Of a stretch of DNA of 64,000 nucleotides, positions 34,230 to 46,524 are shown piece after piece. Position 1 is the first letter of the stretch. Every line of letters begins with the position of its first letter. Origin of the DNA: Haliotis cracherodii. Lineage: Eukaryota. The translations under genes were made by a program, and so were the position numbers. The DNA is taken from assembly GCF_022045235.1 (NCBI RefSeq), contig NW_027266269.1, forward strand, positions 5,332,001 through 5,396,000, read 5' to 3'. Under the pieces are notes generated by a model. The model had not been told where the DNA came from and searched no databases. It saw nothing but the letters and a program-made list of their open reading frames with translations.

Positions 34230-35683
34230 TACTGAGTCAAATTAAAAACTTCACATTTTTAAAAGTAATCCCGTATATGATATAAAACGGACAAATGTAT
34301 CAGAGAAGGTAATTTTTAATCATTAATGTCCAAAGAAGGATGTTAATTAACGGTGGTAACCATAATTTGTTCCAAGCACCTACGGTATTCGGAAATAACA
34401 TCAACAGTTTAAATCATAAGTCCCAAGCACAAGAATCTGATGGCACACAAGTTCAATTGCGTGTATGGCCACAATGTGCGTTGACAACTGCCACACAACG
34501 CCTCCGCATGGACCTTGTGATGCTTGTGATGCTTGTGAACACGTGATTGGGAAGACGACGCCATTGTTGCTGCAAAATGGTGTCAAGATCTTGCAAATTC
34601 TGTGGTTGGTTCTGGAGAGTGCGCAGACTTCTGCCAAGAGCATCCCAGACGTGTTCGATGGGATTGAGGTCGGGAGACCTTGACGGCCAGTCCATGACGT
34701 TGACTCCCGCATTCTGAAGGAAATTCCTTGTCAAAATTGCTGTGTGGGGTCTGGCATTGTCGTGTTGGAAGATCAAACCGGGTCCATGTGCTGCCATAAA
34801 AAGTTCTGGTGCCAGCCTGGAACGTGCATTGCCACAGAAAGCACACCACACCATGACACTTCCGCCTCGAATCTGTCAACTTCCTGTACGCAACACTGGG
34901 CGTAACGTTCATGACGGCGCCTCCACACCCTCGCCCTACCATCAGCAAATCGAAGATTAAATCGGGATTCATCACTTAAGACGACTTGATTCCAATTCCT
35001 CTGAGTCCATCGTAAGTGTCGCTGTGCCCACAATTGACGATGACGTCTGAGTAATTGAGTCAGAATCGGCCCGCAGTATGGCCGAAGGTGAGCAGTTCTC
35101 AGACGGTTTCGAACAGTTTGCACACTCAGTCTACCCCTAAACAGTTCATTTCTGGTTGATGTAGCCGTCAAAAATCGGTTACGGAGGTGACGTAAGACAA
35201 TCTGACGATCATCTGCATGTAACGTCACACGTGGTTGACCTGGCCGAGGGCGATCAACGGTGGTATCCGTTTGCTGCAGACGCGTCTGTAAATCATAAAC
35301 AGTCCGTCGACTACAACCCATCGTCCTTGCGACTTCAGCTACGGACGTTCCCGTCTGCAACATGCCGATGGCACGTTCACGTTGCACATTTGAAAGGCGT
35401 GGCATGACAAATGGCCGTAAAGAATTTTGTTTTCTTGTGGTTTTCTTTTATTGTTAATGACTGCTAACAAGTATGGCTGAAAACACGTGCGGTATTATGG
35501 CCACGTGACCAGTTGCTATAGTGCTGTGCACATGATTTTGATCGATTCACCTGCACTAAAAACGGGTGTTATCTGAAGACAACACGTGGCCATTACTGTT
35601 TAAATACACAATAAGGGCCCACAATGATAACTGGTCAAAATGTTAAAATTTTAGGATAGTGAAGTTTTTAATTTGGTTCAATA
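34230..35683 (-). mobile_element. Tc1 transposon copy 2, frameshifted transposase (34453-35405)
   Basis: Same TIRs, same flanks and same internal deletion as copy 1; frameshift near 34870. Confidence 0.93.
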
Positions 35684-38600
35684 TATATAACCCCTATGTC
35701 TATTATGTAGGATTGTAAAAGCGAGTATATTTGTGTGTTGTTTAACGCCGTACTAAAATCAGCGTCACCGACATGACGACTGATTGAGACTTGACCAGGT
35801 TAACCAGCAATTGACATTGACATTGCATGAAACCAATTACGCCTTCAGGGTATGATGGCACGCATAAAAGCTTTTGGTTGGTTGGTTTTACGGCAAGCAT
35901 GGGTTGCTGAAGACCTATTCTACCCCGGAATCTTCACGGGTTATGTTGACAAGTGTGACCATCCAAAACGCCTCTAACACCTAGCAGAGGTTGTTTCAAA
36001 ACCCCCACGGGGCTTAAATATTAAAATGGTCATACTAAATTGTTGATTTATGTTTAAAAGTAATCTATACATCTCTTGACATGGTAGATATGGTATTCCT
36101 TCATAATGTTATTGTGATGAATACACATAACGTGTGTACTATCTGTATTGACTGTCCGTCCAAGGAAGGAATAGACAGCATTGCCACTGTAAACCGTTTG
36201 TTTTGTTTGTTTGTTTGTTTGTTGTTTAACGCCGCACTCTGCAATATTCAGCGAGCCTGACCACCCGATCCCGTCAGTCGCCTCTTACGACAAGCGTAGT
36301 CGCCTTTAACGGCAAGCATGGGTTGCTGGAGAGTGGAGACCTATTCTATCCCGGATCTTCACGGTACCACAGTTAACTGAATATGTGCGAAACATTCATT
36401 GTAGAAATTCTATAAAACCGAAAACCACCCTCGTCTTGTCCGTTTTCTTTATTAAATTGTAAATAAAAGATAAGTTGAGTTGAATTGCTTACCAAATATA
36501 CATTTCTTTCAAAAGGATATGTCAAAATAAAGAGGTGCAATATTGTTTCAACAGGAAAACAGGCAACAGGGTTTTCTGTCATGTTTGTTGTTTAATGCCC
36601 CTCTCGGCAATATGACGGCTATTTGTGAATAATCGAGTCTGGACCAGACAATCCAGTGATAGACATCATGAGCATTGATATGTAGGACAGTAGTAGGCTG
36701 AATATAAAAATAAAGCATTGGACTGTAAAACAGATACCAGTGAGTGAGTGAGTTTGGTTTTACGCCGCTTTTAGCAGTATTCCAGCAATATCACGGTGGG
36801 GGACACCAGAAATGGGCTTCACACATTGTACCCATGTCGGGATTCGAACCCGGATCTGCGGCGTGACGAGCGAACGCTTTAACCACTAGGCTACCCGACC
36901 GCCCCAAAACAGATACTAACATCTCATTTAGTAACATATGGGTTTTTTATTGAACACTGCTGAAAGCAATAATGTTTTGGTTATGCGTATATACTCTGAT
37001 TAGAGCCCAATCGGGGGATACCCATGAAGATTCCGGGGTAGAATAGGTCTTCAACAACCCATGCTTGCCGTAAAAGGTGACTATGCTTGTCGTAAAAGGC
37101 GACTAACGGGATCGTGTGGTCAGGCTCGCTGACTTGGTTGATGCATGCAATCCCAATTGCGTGGATTGATGCTCATGATATTAATCACTGGATTGTCTGG
37201 GCCAGACTCGATTATTTACAGACCGCTGTCATATAGCAGGAATTTTGCTGAGTGCGGCGTTAAACAACAAACAAATGAACAAAATAAGCAGACATCAACT
37301 AACTGTTCCCAGGAGGAAACCGAACTCTTTGGCCAGTTATAATTCAGCTTACGCGCAGAACTTCTCTGGCACCATCCTTGGACCATTTCGAGAAACTGAT
37401 TAAAACACCTTTTCCGAAAGTACTACGAGTGAGTGAGTGAGTATGGTTTCACGCCGCTTTTAGCAATATTCGAGCAATATCAAGGCGGGGGACACCAGAA
37501 ATTGGCTTCACACATTGTACCCATGTCGGGAATCGAACCCGGGTTTTCGGCGTGACGAGCCAATGCTTTAACCATTAGGCTACCCGACCGCCCCGAAAGT
37601 GCTACGAGGTTTTTGGCCAGTGAATGCTTCACGTCGTTGCTCCCATTACTATAATTATCATTTATCCCCCCACACTTTGCGTTCGTCTGTCTATCGTAGA
37701 CCGCCTCCATGGTCTAGTGGAAGAGCGTCCGCCCGGAGAGCGGAAGGTCCGGGGTTCGATCCCCGACCGCGCCATACCAAAAGACGTTAAAAGATGGCAC
37801 TTGTTGTTATCCTGTCTGGTGCTCGGCATAAAGGGGCTTAAACAAGGACTGGTCGGCTCGGAATCAGTATACTGTGTCTGAGTGGGGTATTCATGTTAAA
37901 CTGCGGCAAGGTATCTCAGTGTGCTAGCACTATAAATCGGCATCAGTCCGGAGTAGTACAAGTAGCCACACACACACACACGCGTACATGCACGTCGCTA
38001 TATAAGTGCAATAATCTTGGTCGCGACGTTAAACCCAATTTCACCTCACCTCACCTGCACCTATCATAATAAAAGCGTCAAAAATCTTTCCATATTCATG
38101 AGAAATCACTGCAAGAAACAGTTCCGACTGTTTAATGGTGAGTGAGTGAGTGAGTTAAAGTTTAACGTCACATCAGCAATATTTCAGCCATTTCGTGACG
38201 AAACAAAATTTGACATTTACAATATATTTTAAACTGTATACAATTCTGCCGACAAGGGGCAGTATAATAACTAGAATATCACAGATTTACATAAAACTAG
38301 TTGCAACACAATATAAAAACAGGCCATAGATCGCCAACAACTGAAGGTAGATCACCATGCTAGGGTCCATGGGGACTTACAGTACTTTTGCAACCTGCAT
38401 GGACCCCAGCAGGATTTACACCATCACCAGGTGTTGGCGATTATTGTCAATTTAGCCGAATTAAAAGAACATATATTCTGCGATTAAAAACGTGGTAGTA
38501 ATAAATATACTGTGAATGACGTGGACTTACGTACCATGGCCGGGGGACAATCCTTTTACACTACTTCAACCCCCTTCGAGGTACAGCCACTGACAATCTG

Positions 38601-38790
38601 AGTTATCCAATTTATTCTACCAATATTAAAAGGTCATTTATTAACTACAAAATGAGCATGAATGTGTTTATGAATCACTATCAAATTGTGATGATACCAG
38701 GTGTTCGCGAAAAGATGATCAAATTCTATCTCCTGTCGCTTGTCAATAATGCACATATAATAAATTATGTAATTTACCACCTGTACATCG

Positions 38791-38830
<40 letters not shown>

Positions 38831-39572
38831 GTTCATCATCATCGGAGTAAAAAATCAGATTTTTAAAAATTTAATGAGATTTCACAGTTCTGCAACTACA
38901 GACTTTAAATTTTATTCAGAATCAGCAAAACAGATAAGGGTGGGCAGTTTTACCCGTATATCGGTAAATTGAGGCTCATTCTTTACATGATACGTATTAC
39001 AGTATCAGATGATTTCAAATAGCGATTTTTATCATGTGTTTAATGGTATTAACTTGCCAAATACATGTATCTGCATTATGTTTCCGTAATTCCAAAATGC
39101 AAGTTCACATTTTTTAGTTTTTCTGTGGCATCACTATCCCGGAGCGTGCACCCTTTGGGCAATTATTGAACGTCTCAGCATCTTGTTTTGTTCCATTTAT
39201 AAACTTCTATTCCTGATTGATGTTTCAAATTGCTTCTGAATTCACAGTTTTGAACTATACAAAACATTGTGATACGTATCGCAATATGTCCTTGTGGATT
39301 GTAAAATATTGTGATACACTTGAAACATTCAAAACCCATCCCTAAAACAAATATAACAAAATCGAGCATTTCTGCTAAGAATCAAATATCGTTTGATTTA
39401 TTTGACTTTGAGGGACTGAACATGTCAGAGCTACAACGCATATATTTATAGATCACAGATGTTCTACAACGAGAATCCTTTCAGCTGTGAGTGCAATGGT
39501 ACCCTCACACCTACTCAATAATGAAGTTAAACATAAGTTGAAAACACGTAGAGAGGGGGCAAGTATTGTTAT

Positions 39573-40044
39573 TTTTTTTATTATAACTTTTTATTTCTGT
39601 TGCATTTTTACACATGGGTTATACAATGTAATACATAGGCAGTAAACAAAAGTTGAGAACAGAATTATTGTGTGGGAAACAAAAGATGACAAGATGACCA
39701 AAATCTGTAGAATTTATCGATACTATTACTTATGAGAGCTGTGTATTTTGTAAGCATGTAATATTTGTAAATCTCTTTTTTTAAAAACTGGAAGTTCGGT
39801 ACCTTTTTTTTTATATCTATATTTAAAAAGTACGAATTTGCAAAGTAAGATAATTACATTTATAGGATCGTTGTGTTGCTGATGAAATCCAAGCAGAATG
39901 TTTTTTCTTGTTAATGTGAGCTTAACTTGAATCTCATCTGATAGCCACTCTTCCAGTTTTTGCCATATGGGTTTCACTTTGCTACAGTCTGCCAGTGCAT
40001 GGGAAACAGATTCTATACTATTTGAACAAAAACTACATGTCTCC
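39573..40044 (-). mobile_element. 5'-truncated L1/Tx1-clade LINE (C-terminal zinc-binding region plus poly-A), TSD GTATTGTTAT
   Basis: CSFC-x4-ES-x2-H-x4-C-x2-V-x2-IW...ILLG pattern; T run at 39573; TSD at 39563-39572 and 40045-40054. Confidence 0.85.
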
Positions 40045-40552
40045 GTATTGTTATGGTGTTCAGGTGATTTTTGTTTTTTAACAATGAAGTTAAACATTAG
40101 TTTAAAACACGTAGAGAGGGGGCAAGTATTGTTATGGTGTTCAGGTGATTTTTGTTTTTTAACAATGAAGTTAAACATTAGTTTAAAACACGTAGAGAGG
40201 GGGCAAGTATTGTTATGGTGTTCAGGTGATTTTTGTTTTTTAACAATGAAGTTAAACATTAGTTTAAAACACGTAGAGAGGGGGCAAGTATTGTTATGGT
40301 GTTCAGGTGATTTTTGTTTTTTAACAATGAAGTTAAACATTAGTTTAAAACACGTAGAGAGGGGGCAAGTATTGTTATGGTGTTCAGGTGATTTTTGTTT
40401 TTTAACAATGAAGTTAAAAAATTAGTTTAAAACACGTAGAGAGGGGGCAAGTATTGTTATGGTGTTCAGGTGATTTTTGTTTTTTAACAATGAAGTTAAA
40501 CATTAGTTTAAAACACGTAGAGAGGGGGCAAGTATTGTTATGGTGTTCAGGT
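40045..40552. repeat. 81-bp tandem repeat, 6 near-identical copies plus partials
   Basis: gtattgttatggtgttcagg at 40045, 40126, 40207, 40288, 40369, 40451, 40532. Confidence 0.97.
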
Positions 40553-40571
40553 GGAGTCAATGCCGTGCATA

Positions 40572-41136
40572 TCACTTTTGAAAGTGGTAAATCATTTCAG
40601 CCATCAGCTTGATCTTGGTTTCATTCCTAAGATTCACAAAGTCCTGTTCGTTCTCCAGATACATGGTATTCTTCGGGTTATACGCTGGACATCTAAATTG
40701 GTAGTATTTCACAATTTGTATTGCACCATGCAGGAGATCAGGCAAGCTGTGCTTATCTGCAAGATATAAAGCGTGAAGAACCTCTCTTTGTGAAATATAT
40801 TTGTCAACACAGCGTGTTAACAGAAACCCCTCACACTTCCGCTTCAAGACATCAATCTGGTACTCGTCAGCCAGTTCCAGCAGTCTGTCCACCGTTGCCT
40901 TGGTGACAGGCCGGAGTTCTGATGGGTAAATACAGAGAAGCAAGTCCACAATGTCATCATATGTTTTTCCCGGTAGAGGGACTTCACTTTCCTGCTTTTC
41001 TTTAAAATCTCCATTAAACATCCTGTGAAAAACATCCGATGCTACTGAAAGTGCCCCTTTGTTGACGTGAAGACGTCTCCCTTCTACAACCAGAGCGACA
41101 TCAGTCTTGTCAGAGGGTTCGTCAAACACAGATGAC
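40572..41136 (-). CDS. BTB type A copy A3, exon 2 (199 aa with exon 1)
   Basis: Intact BTB ORF; stop codon supplied by an insertion. Confidence 0.9.
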
Positions 41137-41488
41137 CTGCCAGCATAGAAGATCAAATCCATGGGTCACGTAACATCAGACAAAACAAGATCGTTACAAT
41201 ACATACTCGTCTTTACACTTGTGTTTCATTTCTTGACATTATCATAACAACGTAAGTTACATCAATACATTTCGCTCGGTCAGAAACCATAGAAAGTCCA
41301 CTCGTTTCGTAAAAATGGTATCTAACGAGAATGTGTGCTGAGTTCACTATTTATCTTTCAAAGTTAGTGTAATGGCTACCATTTTGGAAAAATTATAAGT
41401 TAAGGAAGGTTTTTGTTTGTTTGTTGTATAACGCCCCACTCAGCAATGTTCCAGCTATATGACGGCGGTCTGTAAATGATCGAGTCTG

Positions 41489-41595
41489 GGCCCCGTTCCA
41501 CAAAGCGATCTCAGCTCTAAGTTGATTGTAAGTTCCATACTTTAACATAAGCTTATGACAGTCGTAACGCTAAGATCACTTTGTGGAACGGGCCC
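41489..41595. mobile_element. 107-bp Harbinger-type MITE with CTG TSD
   Basis: cgagtCTG|ggccccgttccacaaag...ctttgtggaacgggccc|CTGgacc versus uninterrupted SINE cgagtctggacc. Confidence 0.88.
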
Positions 41596-42604
41596 CTGGA
41601 CCAGAATCAAGTGATTGACATCATGAGCATCGATCGACGCAAATGGTGAGGTGAGGTGAGGTGAGGTGAGGTGAGGTGAGGTGAGGTGAGGTGAAATTGG
41701 GTTTAACGTCGTTCCAAGATTATTGCACTTATATAGCGACGTGCATGTACGTGTGTCTGTTTGTGTGACTACCTGTACTAGTTCGGACTGATGCCGATTT
41801 ATAGCGCTAGCTCACTGAGATACCATGCCGCAGTACATGAATACCCCACTCAGACACAGTATACTGACTTCGAGCCGACCAGTCCTTGTTTTAGCCCCTT
41901 AATGTCGAGCGCCAGACAGGGTAACAACAAGTACCATCTTTTAACGTCTTTTGGTATGACGCAGCCGGGGATCGAACCCCGGACCTTCCGCACCCTGGGC
42001 GGATGCTCTTCCACTAGATCGACGGGTATTTAATCATAATAAACTTGTTTTCATCGCAAAATGGCTGCAATATTGCCGATGCGATGTAAAATTTTAACTC
42101 GCTTACTCACTCTACCACTAGACCACTGAGGCGGGCCGAGGCAAATGGGGTATGATGACATGCATCAACCAAGTCAGCAAGCCTGACCACCCGATCCCGT
42201 TAGTCGCCTCCAATGACAAACATAGTTGCTATTTACAGCACGCATGGGTTGTTGAAGACCTATTCTACCCCGGATATTCACGGGACTTAAGGAAGGTAAG
42301 TCCGAGTAATCTACTGAAACACAGCGCATCACAGAACCACTAAGGTAAGGTATTATATTTGATGTCATCTCGTATTTCCTACTGTGCAAAGTGGGGCAGT
42401 CGGGTAGCCTAGTGGTTAAAGCATTGGCTCATCACACCAAAGACCCGGGTTCGATTCCCGACATGGGTACAATGTGTGCAGCCCATTTCTGGTGTCCCCC
42501 GCCATGATATTGGGTATCTTCATGATCCTCCCCAAATAATAAGTGGATCTGAAATTGTCAGAAAAATGTCAGTTAAACTTTATCCTAACAACAGAATGAT
42601 GTAC

Positions 42605-42639
42605 CTTTTTATTGCAGCGGAGATAATTACGAGGGCCAT
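42605..42639 (-). CDS. BTB A3 exon 1, type A-prime (MALVIISAAIK-R)
   Basis: ACAATGG, 35 nt, AG|GTAC, phase 2. Confidence 0.65.
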
Positions 42640-42785
42640 TGTCGACTGTTGCTTGTTAAACGAAGAACGTACACCAGGAAATGGCTGTGCCCCAGGTCTG
42701 TCCTGTTTGTATTTTCGTTTTTAACGAATGCTGACTCACTGCAAGCTCCTCACAGCGATACCCGTTCGCGGAGCTCTCCATCCGA

Positions 42786-43307
42786 GACGTGTTCAGGAGG
42801 GCGGGCGCTCGCGCGAGCGAACAGCGAGACACTATAACGCCTTCCTGAACGGAAGGCGCGAACTCGCTCTCGCGGCACAGCATTCAAAATGGCGTCGCCG
42901 GGTGTCGGGACTGCTCTACTCGAGTTGGCGTTAGAGGAATTATCAAGGCCGGCGGAGGCAATGGATGCCACTTATTTAGATTATGCCCACACTGCTCTCG
43001 GTGTTTTATCACAAGACAGAAGAGGGATCCAAGCCCCACTTGGCACAGTACGCATAGAGGACTATGTAGAGGCTACCGTGCCTCGATACAGGGACCCCCT
43101 GTTCAGGGCTCACTTCAGAATGAACAGAACGTCCTTTCAGGTTGTAATATTATTTCCAGTAGTGAATAAAGGCAAAAAAATTCACTGCTAGAATACCGGA
43201 TAACTTCCGCCATAGGTCTATTAGAAATAAGGAATGTGCACGCGCTCCTTCCTCAGTGACAGTTGACAACTTATTGTACATGTCGTTTTAACCACCTTGA
43301 TAAAATA
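42786..43307 (+). mobile_element. Truncated PIF/Harbinger element; transposase first exon ~42889-43140
   Basis: FRAHFRMNRTSFQ motif typical of the Harbinger transposase N-terminus, followed by cag|GT; inverted GTTCAGGAGGGCG / CGCCTTCCTGAAC near the left end; host sequence resumes ~43308. Confidence 0.75.
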
Positions 43308-44582
43308 AATCGCCAACAACTGAAGGTTGATCACCACGCTAGGGTCCATGGTGACTTACAGTACTTTTGCTACCTGCATGGACCCCAGCAGGATTTACAC
43401 CATCCCTTCAGTGGTTGGCGATTATTGTCAATTTAGCCGAATTAAAAGAACATATATTCTGCGATTAAAAACGTGGTAGTAATAAATATACTGTGAATGA
43501 CGTGGACTTACGTACCATCTCCGGGGGACAATCCTTTTACACTACTTCAACCCTCTTCGAGGTACAGCCACTGACAATCTTAGTTATCCAATTTATTCTA
43601 CCAATATTAAAAGGTCATTTATTAACTACAAAATGAGCATGAATTTGTTTATGAATCACTATCAAATTGTGATGATGCCAGGTGTTCGCGAAAAGATGAT
43701 CAAATTCTATCACCTGTCGCTTGTCAATAATGTACATATAATAAATGATGTAATTTACATCCCTGTACATCGTCATCGTCATCATCATCATAATCATCAT
43801 CATGTTCATCATCATTGGAGTAAGGGCGGTCGGGTAGCCTGGTGGTTAAAGCGTTCGCTCGTCACGCCGAAGACCCGGGTTCGATTCCCGACATGGGTAC
43901 AATGTGTTAAGCCCATTTCTGGTGTCCCCCGCCGTGATATTGCTGGAATATTGCTAAAAGCGGCGTAAAACCAAACTCACTCACTCACTCACTCATCGGA
44001 GTAAAAAAATCAGATTTTTAAAAATTTAATGAAATTTCACAGTTCTGCAACTACAGACTTTAAATTTTATTCAGAATCAGCAAAAAAAGATAAGAGTGGA
44101 CAGTTTTACCAGTATATCGGTAAATTGAGGTTCATTCTTTGCATGATGCGTATCACAATATCAGATGGTTTCAAATAGCGATTTTTATCATGTGTTTAAT
44201 GTTATTAACTTGCCAAATACATGTATCTGCATTATGTTTCCGTAATTCCAAAATGCAAGTTCACATTCTGGAGTTTTTCTGTGGCATGATGTAGCACCAA
44301 GTCATCATTATCCCGGAGCGTTCATCCTTGCGTAATTATTGAATGTCCCAGCATCTTGTTTTGTTCCATTTATAAACTTCTATTCCTGATTGATGTTGCA
44401 AATTCCTTCCGAATTCAAAATTTTGAATTATACAAAACATTGTGATACGTATCACAATACGTCCTTGTGCACTGTGAAATATTGTGATACACTTGAAACA
44501 TCCAAAACTCACCCCTAAAACAAATATAACAAAATCGATCATTTCTGCTAAGAATCAAAATGCACTTAAGGAACTGAACTTG

Positions 44583-45156
44583 TTAGACCGACAACACTGA
44601 TTGAAAGCAGTCAATCATTTCAGCCATCAGCTTAAACTTGGTTTCATTCCCAAGATTCACAAAGTCCTGTTCCTCCTCAAGATGAATGTCAAGCGCATAA
44701 GCATCTGAGTCTCTAAATCTGAACGATTTCGCAATTTGTATTGCAGCATTCAGGAGTTTAGGCATGCTGTGCTTATCTGCCAGATATAAAGCGTGAAGAA
44801 CCTCTCTTTTTAAAGTAGATTCGTCACGACAGAGTGTTAACAGAAACTCCTCACACTTCCGCTTCAAGACAGTAATCTGGTACTCGTCAGCCAGTTCCAG
44901 CAGTCTGTCCACCGTTACCTTGGTGACAGGCCCGAGTTCTGATGGGTAAATACAGAGAAGCAAGTCCACAATGTCATCATATGTTTTTCCCGGTAGAGGG
45001 ACTTCACTTTCCTGCTTTTCTTTAAAATCTCCATTAAACATCCTGTGAAAAACATCCGATGCTGCTGAAAGTGCCCCTTTGATGACGTGAAGACGTCTCC
45101 CTTCTACAACCAGAGCGACATCAGTCTTGTCAGAGGGTTCGTCAAACACAGATGTC
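44583..45156 (-). CDS. BTB type A copy A4, exon 2
   Basis: Intact ORF and acceptor; mosaic of A2-like and A1-like residues. Confidence 0.9.
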
Positions 45157-46495
45157 CTGCCAGCATAGAAGATCAAGTCAATGGGTCACTTTACATCAGA
45201 CAAAACAAGATCGTTACAATACTTTCCCCGTCATTACACTTGTGTTTCATATCTTGACATTGTCATAACAACGTAAGTTACGTCATTACATTTCGCTCGG
45301 TCAGATACCATAGAAAGTCAACTCGTTTCGTAAAAATGGTATCTAACGAGAGTGTGTGCTGAATTCCCTATTTATCTTTCAAAGTTCGTGTAATGGCTAC
45401 CATGTTGGACAAATTATAAGTTAAGGAAGGTTTTTGTTTGTTTGTTTGTTCGTTTTATCATTTAACTCCGCGATCGGCAATGTTCCAGCTATGTGACGGC
45501 GGTCTGTAAATAATCGAGTCTGGACCAGACAATCCAGTGATTGACATTATACGCACCGATCCACGCAATTAGGGTATGATGACATGCATCAACCATGTCA
45601 GCGAGCCTGACCACCCGATCCCGTCTGTCGCCTCTTACTACAAACTTAGTCGCCATTTACAGCAAGCATGGGTTACTGAAGACCTTCTCATCCCGGATCT
45701 TCAGAGGTCTTAAGGAAGGTAAGTCCGAGTAATCTACTAAAACACAGCGCATCACAGAACCACTATGGTAAGGGATATTATATATGATGTCATCTCGTGT
45801 TTCCTACAGTGCAAAGTGGGGCGGTCGGGTAGCCCAGTGGTTAAAGCATTCGCTTGTCACGCCGAAGACCCGGGTTCGATTCCCGACATGGGTACAATGT
45901 GTGAAGCCCGTTTCTTGTGTACCCCGGCCGTGATATTGCTGGAATATTGCTAAAAGTCGCGTAAAATCAAACTCACTCACTACAGTGCAAAGTAAGGAGA
46001 AGATTGATATAGAAATGCTGTTATAATATGGCATCAGCGCTCGATTCCAACATGTGTACAATGCTAAGAACGGCCACTAGTTCGCAATGAAAGTCATTGG
46101 TTACCGAGTTGTATAAAAAGGAGATATGTTAACATTTTGTTTGCCAAATATGGGGCGGTCGCGAAATTTCTGATTTTAACTCCAGAAATGCGACTAAATC
46201 TGAATTTTTCCGAAATAATTACACCACAACACAATTTTTGTAGGCTTTCAGACAAATGTTATCCTATTATCGGTCTCAAATCATCGATCAACGCAATTGG
46301 GATCGATGACATTTATCAACCAAGTCAGCGAGACTGACCACACGATCCCGTTAGTTGCCTCTTACGACAAGCATAGTCGCCTTTTGGTTGCTGAAGACCT
46401 ATTCTATCCCAGATATTCACGGGTCTCACGCGGACCTATACACTGGAGTATGGGCTCTGGGTCCCTGTTTCCCGTTCCACGTCTCAGGTACTCAC

Positions 46496-46524
46496 CTTCT
46501 CTTTGGGGATACACGAGTGGCCAT
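46496..46524 (-). CDS. Type B exon 1 (MATRVSPKR-R) located upstream of type A exon 2 (A4)
   Basis: ATG, GTGAGT donor and ISRE intact; no type B exon 2 between it and A4. Confidence 0.6.

Noticed and set aside
39726-40425. 204-aa and 152-aa ORFs with 27-aa repeats
   Set aside because: By-product of an 81-bp repeat abutting a truncated LINE fragment
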